Assembly: GCA_963811165.1 (NCBI GenBank)
Contig: CAWEQH010000008.1
Span: forward strand, 512,001-576,000
DNA length: 64,000 bases
Origin: an uncultured Nitrospiraceae bacterium
Lineage (GTDB): Bacteria; Nitrospirota; Thermodesulfovibrionia; Thermodesulfovibrionales; UBA6898
Direction of reading: 5' to 3'
The position numbers and the translations under genes are program-made. Below are positions 63,662-64,000 of this stretch, in pieces. The notes beneath the pieces are model-generated. The model made no database searches and was not told the DNA's origin. It saw only the letters and a program-made list of their open reading frames with translations. Each line of letters starts with the position of its first letter. Within the stretch, counting starts at the first letter, position 1.

Positions 63662-64000
63662 ATGAGAATTAATATTGCAGATTTGCCGACCCTTACGAGA
63701 CTGCTCAACCGGAAGAAAAAGTCCCGGGGCACCGCCTACGAGTTGAACCTCGGCGTGATATTGGGCGAGATCCTTACCTGGGCCAACAAACTTGTCCCCT
63801 CAGAAGCCGGCTCCATTTTGCTTGATGACCCCCTGCTTAAGTGGGAACCTGGGTGTCGTGAACAGCTCTATTTTGCTGCGTGCTACGGAAAGGGCTCCCG
63901 GGCCCTTACCGGCAATTCGCTGCCGGAGGCGAGCGGGATAGCCGGGGTGACCTACCGGAAGGGGAAACCCTATATAAGTAAGGACGTAATGAAAGACCCG
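63662..64000 (+). CDS. GAF-domain signalling protein, 5' part only (runs off right edge)
   Basis: Manual translation MRINIADL...VPSEAGSILLDD...LYFAACYG...GIAGVTYRKGKPYISKDV; open to the window end. Confidence 0.7.
   Translation, partial: MRINIADLPTLTRLLNRKKKSRGTAYELNLGVILGEILTWANKLVPSEAGSILLDDPLLKWEPGCREQLYFAACYGKGSRALTGNSLPEASGIAGVTYRKGKPYISKDVMKDP

Noticed and set aside
1..64000. CRISPR array, tRNA, rRNA, prophage or reverse transcriptase
   Set aside because: No regularly spaced repeats, cloverleaf or rRNA signatures, phage structural genes or RT motifs seen by eye

Overview
Bacterial chromosomal window, gene-dense; gene content suggests an anaerobic Nitrospirota/Desulfobacterota-type organism (inference only). 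Left to right: mdtABC-type RND efflux genes (mdtC runs off the left edge), yciH, a FecR-OmpA-CHASE2 hybrid-kinase trio, tilS-gltX-glnS-gpsA-larB, rodZ, a fabF paralogue, and a three-gene operon resembling the bacterial ceramide pathway (reductase, serine palmitoyltransferase, GNAT ceramide synthase). Next come system II cytochrome c biogenesis genes, two Zn-dependent dehydrogenases with a cupin, and an HPF-CSD fusion. A small accessory segment (~30.4-36 kb) holds a degenerate GEMM-like leader plus flavodoxin/ferredoxin gene, a DUF1566 secreted protein and a ~2.05-kb two-tyrosine-recombinase element bounded by inverted repeats. The right half has a radical SAM/HhH gene, an extended potassium locus (NhaP antiporter, stand-alone KimA-like domain, small peptide, kdpFABC, extra gene, kdpDE), envelope-modification genes, a hybrid kinase, an MCP fused to a PhnD-like domain and a TPP-riboswitch-led thiS-thiG-thiE-thiC operon. 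Several families of short palindromic repeats are dispersed through the window, one inside the mdtB coding tail. No rRNA, tRNA or CRISPR array was seen. All calls come from reading motifs by eye; no database searches were run.
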